Below, piece by piece: positions 28,506 through 38,434 of a stretch of DNA of 64,000 nt. Every line of letters begins with the position of its first letter. Position 1 is the first letter of the stretch. The notes beneath the pieces are model-generated. The model was not told where the DNA came from, did no database searches, and was given only the letters and a program-made list of their open reading frames with translations. The position numbers and the translations under genes are program-made. Source of the DNA: Rhodospirillales bacterium (GTDB lineage: Bacteria; Pseudomonadota; Alphaproteobacteria; Rhodospirillales; UBA2165); the NCBI GenBank assembly GCA_965207535.1, contig CBDBMR010000014.1:322463-386462 (forward strand). The letters are read 5' to 3'.

Positions 28506-30038
28506 ATGAACAATCCGGACCGCCCGAACCTGTTACTCATCACCTCGGACCAGCAGCGGGGCGACTGTTACGGGTTTGCCGGCCGTCGCGTGTCGACGCC
28601 GCATTTGGACGCATTCCGCCGCGAGGGCACGTGGCTGAAAAACGCCATCACCCCCTGCGTGGTCTGTCAACCCGCCAGAGCTTCCATCCTGACAGGTCAG
28701 CTTCCGCGGACACATGGGGTTCACGATAACGGCATCGACCTCGACCCGGCCACCGGCGAAAAAGGCTTTGCCGGGAGCCTGGGCCGCGCCGGATATGACA
28801 CGGCATTTATCGGCAAGGCGCACTTCGCCAGCTTTTTCACGTTCGAGCCGACCGGCACCCCTGAATGTGTGGTCTCTTCCGCCGAATACGGGGAAGACTG
28901 GTATGGGCCCTATATGGGTTTCGAGCATGTGGAACTGGTGCTCATCGGCCATAATCATTTTCCGCCGGAGACGCCCCCGAAGGGACAACACTATGAGCGG
29001 TGGTTCCACGCGGACGGCAAAGGGGCGGAGAAAATCCGTCTATATGCGGAAAATGCTCGCGACACCAAGGGCGCGGCGCAAACAATTCATTCCCGGCTGC
29101 CGACGGCCTGGCACAATTCCACTTGGGTCGCGGACCGGTCCATCGGCTGGCTGGAACAAAGGCGGGACAAGCCGTTTGCCGCCTGGATCAGTTTCCCGGA
29201 TCCGCACCACCCCTTCGACTGTCCGGAACCCTGGTCCTACCTGCACCGGCGGGAAGACGTGGACCTGCCGCAGCACCGCACCCGGGACTTCGAACGCCGG
29301 CCATGGTGGCATCGGGCGGTCGTGGAGAGCAGACCGACCGGCAGCGAAGCCCATGCGGCCATCCGGTCCGAGTATAGCCGCATTCAGCCTCAGACCGATG
29401 ACCAGTTGCGGGAAATCATCGCCAATACCTATGGCATGTTGTCGCTCATCGATCACAATGTGGGACGCATCCTGAACAAGCTCGACGAGCTGGGGATCGC
29501 CGAAAGCACCATCGTCATCTACACCTCCGACCATGGAGACTGGCTGGGCGACCACGGCCTCATCCTGAAAGGCCCGATGCATTATGAAGGACTGCTGCGG
29601 GTCGGCATGATCGCCCGGGGGCCGGGTATCCGGGAAAACGCCACCGTGGAAGCGCCAACGTCGACCTTGGATATCGCGTCAACGTTTGCCGACTATGCGG
29701 GCGCAGGGCCGCGGCTGAGCCAACATGGAACTTCCCTGCGTAGATTGCTGGAGGGGACGGATGGCAACCGCGATTTCGCCTACAACGAATGGGATCTCCA
29801 TTCCAACCGGACAGGCGTAAGCCTGGACCTCCGAACGGTCAGGACGGAGAGCGAGAAACTCACGGTAGACATGCATTCCGGCGCCGGTGAAATGTACGAC
29901 CTCGGGAACGATCCGAATGAAATGGAAAACCTGTACGACGACCCGGCGCACAAAGGCCTCAGGGACACACTCACCGACATGATCAACAGCCGGCCCGACG
30001 ACGCGCTGGGACGGCAGGAACCGGTTGGAATGGCCTAG
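28506..30038 (+). CDS. Cys-type (formylglycine) sulfatase
   Basis: NLLLITSDQQR, CQPARASILTG (CxPxR), IGKAH, DPHHP, SDHGD. Confidence 0.92.
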   Translation: MNNPDRPNLLLITSDQQRGDCYGFAGRRVSTPHLDAFRREGTWLKNAITPCVVCQPARASILTGQLPRTHGVHDNGIDLDPATGEKGFAGSLGRAGYDTAFIGKAHFASFFTFEPTGTPECVVSSAEYGEDWYGPYMGFEHVELVLIGHNHFPPETPPKGQHYERWFHADGKGAEKIRLYAENARDTKGAAQTIHSRLPTAWHNSTWVADRSIGWLEQRRDKPFAAWISFPDPHHPFDCPEPWSYLHRREDVDLPQHRTRDFERRPWWHRAVVESRPTGSEAHAAIRSEYSRIQPQTDDQLREIIANTYGMLSLIDHNVGRILNKLDELGIAESTIVIYTSDHGDWLGDHGLILKGPMHYEGLLRVGMIARGPGIRENATVEAPTSTLDIASTFADYAGAGPRLSQHGTSLRRLLEGTDGNRDFAYNEWDLHSNRTGVSLDLRTVRTESEKLTVDMHSGAGEMYDLGNDPNEMENLYDDPAHKGLRDTLTDMINSRPDDALGRQEPVGMA

Positions 30039-30309
30039 ATCGGATTCACATGTCATTCCAAATCTTCGATCGCCGGTATTTTCGACGAAAAGACGGTGCC
30101 CGCTTCGGCTCCGGAACTAATTGATTGCGTTATCCGCGCGGAACGTCTGCTTCCAGCCAGTAACAGACGTATACCCTCCATTAATTCTATTCTTTCGTTT
30201 TTATACGTGAGTCTTCTGATAGACCGTTTTTATCGGCAACGCTTTACTGGTCTCACCGACCGATAGTGTTGGAGGGAGTGATAAGCAGGCGATGACGGAA
30301 GGATGGCAG

Positions 30310-30423
30310 ATGGACAGGTATTTGGATGACTATGAAGCAGGCCGGACCTATGAGCCGGGTGAATTTTCTCTCACCCAGGAGGAAATGATCGAGTTCGCCG
30401 ATTTTACTCCGTCATCTGGATAA
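30310..30423 (+). pseudogene. 5' remnant of a MaoC-like dehydratase gene
   Basis: MDRYLDDYEAGRTYEPGEFSLTQEEMIEFA resembles a MaoC N-terminus. It then runs into the 3' end of the dehalogenase gene and stops after 37 aa. Confidence 0.55.
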
Positions 30424-31339
30424 ACTGCTGGATCAGCGCGACCAGAACTTCAGGCTCATCTTCCTGACAGTAGTGGCCCGCATTGGGAAGTTTGACAATC
30501 GGACCATTCGGAAAGAGCGCCTTAAAGTCCGCCAACTGGACTGCCGGGTCGATGGCGCCGTCTTTCATACCGACGGCCAGCATAGCCGGTTTTGATCTGA
30601 GATTGTCGACCAGCGGCATGCCTTCTTCCCGGTAAGGAAGGATACGTCCCTCCAAAGCATCCAATGGAAACTCGATGGCGCCGATACATTCCTCTTTGGT
30701 CGGAAACGGTGTGCTGTAGGCACGAATCCATGTGTCATCCACTTGGGCGGTGTTCTGGAATCCGATTGTCTTCATCACGCTCAATACATGATTGCCGAGG
30801 TCGCCGATGGTGTCGTGATAGGTGCCGGCATCATAATGTTCTTTCACATATTTGAACCAGGGGGTGAACTTGCGCTTCAAACGGTCAGGGCTGTCATCCT
30901 CGATCATGCCTTTACCGGTTCCCCCATACCCGCATGCCGTATTGAGCAGGCACAGCCGTTTTAGCCGGTCGGGATGTCGAAGGGCAAATCCAGAGCCGAT
31001 GGAGCCACCCCAATCCTGCATCACCAACGTAATATCCGTCAGATCAAGATGTCCGACGAGGGCTTCCAGGTTCTCTGCGTGGGTCTTGATTGTGTAGATC
31101 TTGTCCTGAGGGGTCTCACTTTTGCCGAACCCCATGTGGTCGGGGACAATCACCCGATGCGTCTCTGACAGGGGTGGAATAAATTTTCGGTAGAGATATC
31201 CCCAAGTGGGTTCCCCGTGCAGGCAAATGATAGGATCGCCCTCACCCTCGTCGACATAGTGCTGCCGAAAGCCGGCGCCATCGAAGTAATGGGGCGCGAA
31301 AGGCCATGTGCCATCGAAGGTTTCGTCTGCGGGGATCAT
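30404..31339 (-). CDS. Haloalkane dehalogenase-like alpha/beta hydrolase (DhlA/HLD-I type motifs)
   Basis: CLHGEPTWGYLYRK, QDWGG (nucleophile Asp plus Trp), VGMKD (acid), GHYCQED (base). Confidence 0.82.
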   Translation of the reverse strand: MIPADETFDGTWPFAPHYFDGAGFRQHYVDEGEGDPIICLHGEPTWGYLYRKFIPPLSETHRVIVPDHMGFGKSETPQDKIYTIKTHAENLEALVGHLDLTDITLVMQDWGGSIGSGFALRHPDRLKRLCLLNTACGYGGTGKGMIEDDSPDRLKRKFTPWFKYVKEHYDAGTYHDTIGDLGNHVLSVMKTIGFQNTAQVDDTWIRAYSTPFPTKEECIGAIEFPLDALEGRILPYREEGMPLVDNLRSKPAMLAVGMKDGAIDPAVQLADFKALFPNGPIVKLPNAGHYCQEDEPEVLVALIQQFIQMTE

Positions 31340-32238
31340 TCGCTGTCTCCGTTTCCGTCAAGTGAGTCCATGAGCGAAAGCGCTTGTTCGAGGCGGTGTG
31401 AGGGTCGATCACCGAATATCTCCGTGAGGGCGGTCCGCCAGTTCACCTCATCATGCCAATCGGTGACGGCTATTTTGTAAGACGGTCGTTCCTGTAATCT
31501 CTGCCAATAGTCACGCAATCGGGGCACCGTCACGTGATCCAAAAGTCCGTCCAGCCTGACATCCTCCAATCGGTGAAAACAGGCCATCATGGTGATGTCG
31601 GGTAAAGAGAAATCACCAAGAATGTAGGGGCCTCCAAACCGGTCCAGAAGACCGTCAATCTCCCTTAGCCCCCGGCATACGCTGTTCAGGGCAGCGGTGA
31701 GAATCTCCGGCGGAGATGCCGTGCCATCGCGGCGCAACGCGGTGAATCGCTTACCTCGTATTTCCAGAGGGTGATGGCGGTACTTCTCCACTACGAGATC
31801 AAGAGGCTGCCGGCTGAGTGTGTGCGCCAATATTGGATGGCTGAGAATGGGGATGGCCAAACCGAACGTCGAGCCATAGAGGCCATTCTCGTCGAGCATG
31901 CCTTCTTCAAACCAGTAGCCGGCGATCTGCCGCCGTTCCTCATCTTCGGGCCAAAGCCGTGCACCACGCTTGGGAAACTGCTCATCGGCATATTTGATGA
32001 TGCGGTGAGCGTCGTACACCGGTCTGCCTTTGTGCACCAAGGTGGGCACGATCCCCTTGGGATTCACTTTCAGATACTCGGGAGTCAGGTTCTGGCAATC
32101 TTCCGCCACGTCACAGATGACAATATGATGGGATTTATAATCCAGTGACTTTTCCGCCAATCCGATCCGCGCCTTCTGAGAGCAGAGAGATTCTCCGTAG
32201 TGGTAGAGTTCGAACTCTTGTTCGTAGGCAATGGCCAA
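31336..32238 (-). CDS. Glutathione S-transferase family protein with SxCSxK motif
   Basis: LYHYGESLCSQKARIGLAEK, NPKGIVPTL, FSLPDI. Start reassigned to TTG 32238 behind GGAG. Confidence 0.85.
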   Translation of the reverse strand: MAIAYEQEFELYHYGESLCSQKARIGLAEKSLDYKSHHIVICDVAEDCQNLTPEYLKVNPKGIVPTLVHKGRPVYDAHRIIKYADEQFPKRGARLWPEDEERRQIAGYWFEEGMLDENGLYGSTFGLAIPILSHPILAHTLSRQPLDLVVEKYRHHPLEIRGKRFTALRRDGTASPPEILTAALNSVCRGLREIDGLLDRFGGPYILGDFSLPDITMMACFHRLEDVRLDGLLDHVTVPRLRDYWQRLQERPSYKIAVTDWHDEVNWRTALTEIFGDRPSHRLEQALSLMDSLDGNGDSE

Positions 32239-32349
32239 TCTATTTACTCCAATCCCTGTACGTGCCCTATGCCACCTGGTCCACATCTACCGTGTGAGGC
32301 GAGCCCGGCATGGGATAAGGCCATTCGATGATGGCCTTCCGGAAGGCTG

Positions 32350-32591
32350 GCCGCCGAGTCGGAGAAGTTGCCGCTGGTGGTGACCCAGAAGTGCTTGCGG
32401 AAGATTTCCCGAAATGCGTGGTCCGGATTGTCCCGGGAAAAGACATGATCCGTGCGCCAGAGGAGGAAGGGCAGACCCTCACCCAGATGACCAAGGATGA
32501 TTTTCAGATTGGGATGGGCCTCGAATACACCTGAAAGCACAAGCCTGACCCCGAGGGTGACGGTTTCAATAGTGAAACCCCAACCGACCAT
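32350..32591 (-). pseudogene. Internal remnant of an amidohydrolase-2 (decarboxylase-type) gene
   Basis: WGFTIET...LSGVFEAHPNLKIILGHLGEGLPF...FWVTTSGNFSD. The N-terminal ~180 aa and the C-terminal SxDYP motif are missing. Confidence 0.75.
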
Positions 32592-32722
32592 GGATGAAGG
32601 CGGGGTGATTTATTCTCACCGAGTTCACATCGGTTTTCAAAGTTAAAACGGACTTCATTGTCGGAGAAGTTGCAGTCCGGTCACGCGCCCCCACCCATTC
32701 GCCTTGTTCCAGGAAACAAAAT

Positions 32723-32749
32723 CCCGCCGGGCGGCGTTCGCCCGGCGGG
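32723..32749 (-). terminator. Intrinsic terminator downstream of tctC
   Basis: 11-bp GC stem CCCGCCGGGCG/CGCCCGGCGGG with a 5-nt loop, followed by ATTTTGTTT on the minus strand. Confidence 0.8.
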
Positions 32750-32787
32750 TTAGTCCAAATAACTGCGCTTAGTTCACGCCGGTTGGG

Positions 32788-33867
32788 CTATTTCTCGCCC
32801 TGGGCAATGTAATCCTGGAAGAACTTCACCATGTCCGCTCCTACGGTAGCCACAGCGTTCTGCGCGGCCAACGCGCCCTTGTAGTTGACGAAGTTCACGG
32901 CTTTGCCGAAGGCTTTTTTATGCGCCGCCTTGAAAGCCGGATCATTCGGAAGCGCCTCCCAGCCGGCCTTGATCGCGTTGAACGCCGCATCCGGCGTTCC
33001 CGCCGGCAACCAGACCGAAAGTCCCATGGAGGACAGGTGGGTCAGCACTTTGTAGGCTTCCCAATGCGGGCCCGAGGGAGGCTTGCCATGCATTTTTTTG
33101 TGCAACCCATCCAGCGTCGGAACACCCTGTTTCATCAGAACCGCATTGGCCGAGGCGCTGCCGTCGGCGCCGATCTTTGGATAATCGACCCACAGCATGC
33201 CCGGGCCTTGATCAACCAGGGAGCTTTTCATCACGGAAACGTATGTTCCGTAGTTCAATCCCAACAGGCTGACCTCACCCGACAGGAAGGCCGGGATCTG
33301 CTTCGCCGAACCGCGATAGCCCGGGACGTATTTGTACTTCACGCCGAGCACATCGAGGCCAAGCCGTTGGCGCAGGTCGAGGGTCGATGACGGGCTCAGA
33401 CCGGCAACGACCAGCGGTTGCTTACCCTTGCCGATCGTCATCCGGTCGCCGCCGACGAGCACGTTCTTGTTGATGACCGCGGTGTTGATTGCGCTTTCAC
33501 CGCCGACCACCCGCATTTTCGAATAGTCGAAGCGAACACCCTTGCGCTTGGTCAACTGGGCAATGGAGAGCCAGGGCGCACAAAGCATTTCGGAGCCGTT
33601 ATTCGGCATCTCGTTCGATGCATAATTGTTGGCCTTCAGGCCGCCCGCGCCGGACATGTTGTTGATGATCACGTCGGGCTTGCCCGGGATGAGACGCGCC
33701 AGGTGCGGCACGACAACACGGAAGAACGAATCCGTTCCGCCTCCGGGCGCGTAAGGTACGACACAGGTAATTTTCTTGCCTGCGTAAAACTCGGCCGCGC
33801 CAGCCGTGGCCGTTGGAAGCAGCGAAACAGCAACCGCCGCCAACGCCAAACTCTTCACTAGTTTCAT
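32788..33867 (-). CDS. tctC: Tripartite tricarboxylate transporter substrate-binding protein
   Basis: Signal peptide, PYAPGGGTD, NMSGAGG, VPGYRGS. Confidence 0.88.
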   Translation of the reverse strand: MKLVKSLALAAVAVSLLPTATAGAAEFYAGKKITCVVPYAPGGGTDSFFRVVVPHLARLIPGKPDVIINNMSGAGGLKANNYASNEMPNNGSEMLCAPWLSIAQLTKRKGVRFDYSKMRVVGGESAINTAVINKNVLVGGDRMTIGKGKQPLVVAGLSPSSTLDLRQRLGLDVLGVKYKYVPGYRGSAKQIPAFLSGEVSLLGLNYGTYVSVMKSSLVDQGPGMLWVDYPKIGADGSASANAVLMKQGVPTLDGLHKKMHGKPPSGPHWEAYKVLTHLSSMGLSVWLPAGTPDAAFNAIKAGWEALPNDPAFKAAHKKAFGKAVNFVNYKGALAAQNAVATVGADMVKFFQDYIAQGEK

Positions 33868-33997
33868 CGTTTAACCTCCTTGTCAGGTCTATGAATTTCT
33901 CTCCCCGATTTACGCACAATCAGGACAGAGTGGTCGCCGGCCTCGACGAGACCGGCAGCCATTTTCTCGCTGTCGTCCAGCGGGAATTCGGAAATCA

Positions 33998-36013
33998 TCA
34001 TCCACCCCCAATCACCTTCAGGACGTAGGGATTTTGAAACGGGATGTGCATGGTGCGGTCGTAAAAGAGCTCGATGAACAGATAGCCTACGGCCGCGTAG
34101 ATCAGGGCGAACCGCAGGGACCGCTTTCCCCAAATACACAAATAGGCCAGAATAAAGCCGGCAATGGCCAGCTTTTGGCCGATCAACCAGGCGCCAAATA
34201 CGGCAACCGCTATCCACAGAACAAACCGCAGGCCGCGCGCCATGTCCGCCTTGTCCACGGCGGCACGCCACGCCTCTGCGTAGCCCGCAACCGATTGGCG
34301 CTCCGCGCGTGCGGCCGCCATCTCCTTCACGACAATGATCGCGAGCAGCGCGACGGCGACCACCGAGGTCGCGATGGGATACTGGCGATTGGTCGGGTGG
34401 AAATCGATGGCAAGGATGCCGGCCGTGATGAACGCGGCGAGAAAAAAGAGCGCCAAAACAATACCGATGAGCGGATTTCTTTCCGCGCCCTCGATCGAGA
34501 GTTTGCCGTCGAGCGAATTGTTCGTGGTCAAGGGGGTGCGCCGGGTGCGCACCAGGCCGAGCGCCGTTACCCCGATGGTCAGGACAATGATCAATCCAAT
34601 GACGAGGCTCGGGGTGCGGTCGATCCATCCCAACGTGCCGTAGACGCGGTTGGATAGAACCAGTGCGTTCTCCATGTTTGGACCAAGCACCAGCGCAATG
34701 ATCAACGGGGGGCGTGGCCAACCGGACCGCTTCATGAACAAGCCCAAGGCGCCCATGATCCACATCAGGATCAAATCACCCATGGACTGATTGCCGAGCC
34801 AGCTGCCCATGAATACGAACAGGATGACCACCGGAACCAGCAGATGGCCATCGACGAAGATGGCCTTTGCGACCTGACGACCCAGCATCATCAGCAAAAT
34901 CGCGGATGCGATGTTCGCGATAATCAGGGTCCAGATCATCGCGAACGTGATGTCGAGCTTGGTGGTCAGCATCTCCACGCCGGGGCGCAATCCCTGGATC
35001 AACATCGCGCCGAGCAGGATGGACATGGCGAAGTCGCCGGGAATGCCAAACGTCAAGGTCGGAATGAGCGCCCCGCCCCGCTGGGCATTGTTGGCCGACT
35101 CGGGCGCGATCACGCCGCGAATATCGCCGCGCCCGAATTTGTTCTCGCCCTTGGTGGTCTGGACCGCCATGCCATAGGCGGCCCAATCGACGATTGAGGC
35201 GCCGAGCCCCGGCAACATGCCGATATAGACGCCGAGCACCGAGCCCTTGATCACCAGCCACCAGTTGGTAAACGCGTCCCTGATCCCCTGAAGCATCCCG
35301 CCGCCCCGCGATTGGTCGTTGGGGACGCGGGAAATCGAGGTGTTCTTCGTGGCGAGTTCCAACAGTTCCGGAATGGCGAACAGGCCGAGCACGACCGCAA
35401 CCAGCGGCGGCGTGTTGAGCATGTACTCGATGCCGAAGTAGTAGCGGGCCTCGCCGTTGAAGGTTTCTTCGCCGATTGTGCCCAGCATCATCCCGAACGC
35501 GCCGATCACCAGGCCCTTGGCGACGGAACTGCCGGACAGCGAACCCACCATGCAGATCCCCAATAGGGAGAGCATGAAGAATTCCGGCGTGGAAAACAGT
35601 GTAAGGATCGGCTTGATCACCGGCAGCGAGAACATCAATACGACGGCGCCGATTACGCCGCCGATCGCCGAGCAGGTATAGGCGGCGCCAAGCGCCCGAT
35701 TGGCCTGCCCCATTTGGGCCAACGGATAGCCGTCCAATATGGTCGCCTGCGACGCAACGGTGCCCGGAATACCCAACATGACGGATGCGATGGTGTCGCT
35801 CGTCGTGGTGACCGCGAACATACCCAGCATCAGCGCAAAGGCTGAGACCGGCTCCATCGTATGGGTGAACGGCAGCAGCAGGATCAGGCCGGTGACCCCG
35901 CCGATCCCGGGCAAGGCCCCCAGCCAGACGCCCAGGAATATGCCAAATCCCAGATAGCCGATGGCCGGCCAACTGAAGACCTGGCTCAATCCGATGAGGA
36001 CGGCGTCAAACAT
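33998..36013 (-). CDS. tctA: TctA permease with C-terminal TctB-like extension
   Basis: GALPGIGG, LGIPGT, APESANNA, FGIPGD. The 671-aa length includes about 170 extra hydrophobic C-terminal residues. Confidence 0.88.
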   Translation of the reverse strand: MFDAVLIGLSQVFSWPAIGYLGFGIFLGVWLGALPGIGGVTGLILLLPFTHTMEPVSAFALMLGMFAVTTTSDTIASVMLGIPGTVASQATILDGYPLAQMGQANRALGAAYTCSAIGGVIGAVVLMFSLPVIKPILTLFSTPEFFMLSLLGICMVGSLSGSSVAKGLVIGAFGMMLGTIGEETFNGEARYYFGIEYMLNTPPLVAVVLGLFAIPELLELATKNTSISRVPNDQSRGGGMLQGIRDAFTNWWLVIKGSVLGVYIGMLPGLGASIVDWAAYGMAVQTTKGENKFGRGDIRGVIAPESANNAQRGGALIPTLTFGIPGDFAMSILLGAMLIQGLRPGVEMLTTKLDITFAMIWTLIIANIASAILLMMLGRQVAKAIFVDGHLLVPVVILFVFMGSWLGNQSMGDLILMWIMGALGLFMKRSGWPRPPLIIALVLGPNMENALVLSNRVYGTLGWIDRTPSLVIGLIIVLTIGVTALGLVRTRRTPLTTNNSLDGKLSIEGAERNPLIGIVLALFFLAAFITAGILAIDFHPTNRQYPIATSVVAVALLAIIVVKEMAAARAERQSVAGYAEAWRAAVDKADMARGLRFVLWIAVAVFGAWLIGQKLAIAGFILAYLCIWGKRSLRFALIYAAVGYLFIELFYDRTMHIPFQNPYVLKVIGGG

Positions 36014-36061
36014 GAGCGAACCAACCCATTGGTGACGCGGTTCCCAAACCCGGCCGCGGCG

Positions 36062-37636
36062 TCATTGGTACCACTTCCAGTCTTTGAGAATTTCGCGCGC
36101 GGCGTTGTGCCCGGGCACGGCGGATACGGCGCCGCCCGGATGTGTCGACGCGCCGCACTGGTACAGATTGCGTACGGGTGAGCGATAGTCGGCGTAACGG
36201 GGTACCGGCCGCATGAAGAACAACTGGTCCAGCGTCAGTTCCCCATGCTGCGAATTTCCCCCCGGCAGGTTGATATCCGCTTCGATGTCCTTCGGCGTGT
36301 AGAGCTTGTAGTCGATCACGCTGTCGGAGAATCCGGGTGCAAATCGGTCCAGCACCGAGAAGGCGTTCTTGATCAATTGCGGCGCCTCGTGATCCCAATT
36401 CGAATTGCGCAATTCGTACGGGGTCACGCCGCCTTGGATGACGACGACGTGCTTGCCGTCAGGCGCCAAGGTCGGGTCCGTATAGCTGGGCACATTCGGG
36501 GAGAGAAACGGCTCGGTCGAGTACCAGCCGAATTTCGCGTCATGGAAGGCCTGTTCCAGGAATTCGGGCGTCGGGCAGATGTGGACATAGGCCGGATATT
36601 CGGTCCCCGTCTTCTCTTTGCTGAAACCCTTGTATTGGGGCAGCCGGTCCACCGCCAAGAGCAGTTTGAATCCCATCCCCCTGGACCTGAAGCCCTTGAC
36701 GTCATCCACGAATTCTTCCGGCAGATGGCTTTCGTCCACCATGTCCAGGAAAGTGCGTTTGACATTTACGTTCGAGATTATCCGGCCGGCGTACAGCTCC
36801 TCGCCGGTCTTTAGGCGCACACCCACGGCCTTTCCATCGCGCACCAGAATTTCATCGACCCACGAATCGCACTGGATCTCCATTCCGTGCGCGGCACCCG
36901 AGGCCGCGATGGCGTCCGCGATGGAACCCATCCCGCCCTTGCAGAAGCTCATGCCGGTTTGCCCAATAAGATGGGTCACCAGGTAGAAGGCTGTCCCGGG
37001 ACTGTAGGGGCCGACATTGCCGCCTATGGTGGCCCAGAACATGAACTTCGCCTTCACCAGATCGTTCTCGAACCAGCGGCTGACATAGTCATGGGCACTC
37101 ATCGAGAGCGCATGCAGCAGGTTGTAGACCTCCTTTTCGGCGTCGCGATAACGCCAGGCGAACCGCGCGGTCTTCCACACCCCCGATAGATCCTTGCGGA
37201 AAGGATTGTGCGGGGTCTCCATCTGCAGCCTGCGCAGAATTTCGATGGTCGACTGGAGGCGCTCGAAGAACTTGGGGTAATTGTCGGCGTCGTGTTTCGA
37301 GAAGCGTGCGATCTGTTCCCGCGTCTTGACCGGATCCTTGGAGAACACGATCCCGTCATCCTCCGTCGGATTGAATACGTTTGGCTGGGGATAATACTCC
37401 AGGCCAAATTTTCTTAGCTCCAACTCCTCTATGACCTTGGGATGCAAGTGACCCATGATGAAAGAGTAGGTCGAGGCACGGAATCCGGGGCTGAACTCTT
37501 CGGTGACACTCGCGCCGCCCACATGAGGCTTTTGTTCCAGCACGAGAATCTTCTTGCCGGCGCGGGATAGATAAGCGCCGCAAGTCAGGCCATTGTGGCC
37601 GCCGCCGATGATTATGGCGTCGTACTTGCGGGTCAT
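36062..37636 (-). CDS. Phytoene-dehydrogenase-like (COG1233) FAD oxidoreductase
   Basis: IIGGGHNGL, GGMGSI, NLYQCGASTHPGGAVS..PGHNAA. Confidence 0.9.
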   Translation of the reverse strand: MTRKYDAIIIGGGHNGLTCGAYLSRAGKKILVLEQKPHVGGASVTEEFSPGFRASTYSFIMGHLHPKVIEELELRKFGLEYYPQPNVFNPTEDDGIVFSKDPVKTREQIARFSKHDADNYPKFFERLQSTIEILRRLQMETPHNPFRKDLSGVWKTARFAWRYRDAEKEVYNLLHALSMSAHDYVSRWFENDLVKAKFMFWATIGGNVGPYSPGTAFYLVTHLIGQTGMSFCKGGMGSIADAIAASGAAHGMEIQCDSWVDEILVRDGKAVGVRLKTGEELYAGRIISNVNVKRTFLDMVDESHLPEEFVDDVKGFRSRGMGFKLLLAVDRLPQYKGFSKEKTGTEYPAYVHICPTPEFLEQAFHDAKFGWYSTEPFLSPNVPSYTDPTLAPDGKHVVVIQGGVTPYELRNSNWDHEAPQLIKNAFSVLDRFAPGFSDSVIDYKLYTPKDIEADINLPGGNSQHGELTLDQLFFMRPVPRYADYRSPVRNLYQCGASTHPGGAVSAVPGHNAAREILKDWKWYQ

Positions 37637-38430
37637 TTGCCCTTCCAAACCGGTTTGCGTTTCTCGATGAAGGCCGCGAGTCCCTCCTGGCGGTCATCGG
37701 AGAACATCAACAGCGCCGAGAGGTCACCGCCTGAGTTAAGTGCCTGCTCGAATGTCTGATAGGGCGCCCTGTCGATCGCCTGTTTGGCGGCCATGATCGC
37801 CAGAGGCGCCGAGGACTCCATCTCGGCGACAATTTCCACCGCCTTTGATACCGCCCCGCCTGCGGGCACCACATGATTGAGAATTCCCAGGTCGAGCGCC
37901 TCGTCCGCGTCCATCCGCCTACCCGTAAATGCCAGTTCCTTGGCCTTGCGCTCCCCGACCGCACGGGCCAAAGACCAAGCGCCGCCCAGAATTGGGAACA
38001 GGCCGAGTTTGGCCTCGGTGATGCCGAAACTCGCGGTTTCGGACCCGACGATGAAGTCACAGCGGAGCGCGACCTCCAACCCGCCTCCGAGGGCATAACC
38101 CTCTACCGCCGCTATCACCGGCTTGGTGTAGTTGACGAAGAAGCGCATGAAGTTGTGCAGTCCGCTTTGGGTATGGCGGAAGCGATACTTGTCGAACGGG
38201 GTCATTTCGCTGGAGGCCGTATTCTTGACGTCTCCGCCTGCACAAAAGGCCGTATCGTCACCGGTCAAAATCACGGCTGTGACGGCGCCGTCGCTCTCCC
38301 AGGTTTCCATTTGCGCCCGCGTCTCGGCGAGCATCCGTTCGGTCAGTGCGTTTCGCGCCTCGGGCCTGGCAAAGCGGATAATTCCCGCATTGCCGATCGT
38401 TTCCGCCCGAATCTCCGATGGGGCGGCCAT
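37633..38430 (-). CDS. Enoyl-CoA hydratase/isomerase
   Basis: AFCAGGD, ALGGGLE, ITEAKLG (both catalytic Glu present). Confidence 0.92.
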   Translation of the reverse strand: MAAPSEIRAETIGNAGIIRFARPEARNALTERMLAETRAQMETWESDGAVTAVILTGDDTAFCAGGDVKNTASSEMTPFDKYRFRHTQSGLHNFMRFFVNYTKPVIAAVEGYALGGGLEVALRCDFIVGSETASFGITEAKLGLFPILGGAWSLARAVGERKAKELAFTGRRMDADEALDLGILNHVVPAGGAVSKAVEIVAEMESSAPLAIMAAKQAIDRAPYQTFEQALNSGGDLSALLMFSDDRQEGLAAFIEKRKPVWKGK

Positions 38431-38434
38431 CCCC

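Noticed and set aside
36062-37636. Carotenoid biosynthesis gene (crtI/crtO)
   Set aside because: No crtB, crtE or crtY nearby; the context is catabolic, so only the family-level call is kept.
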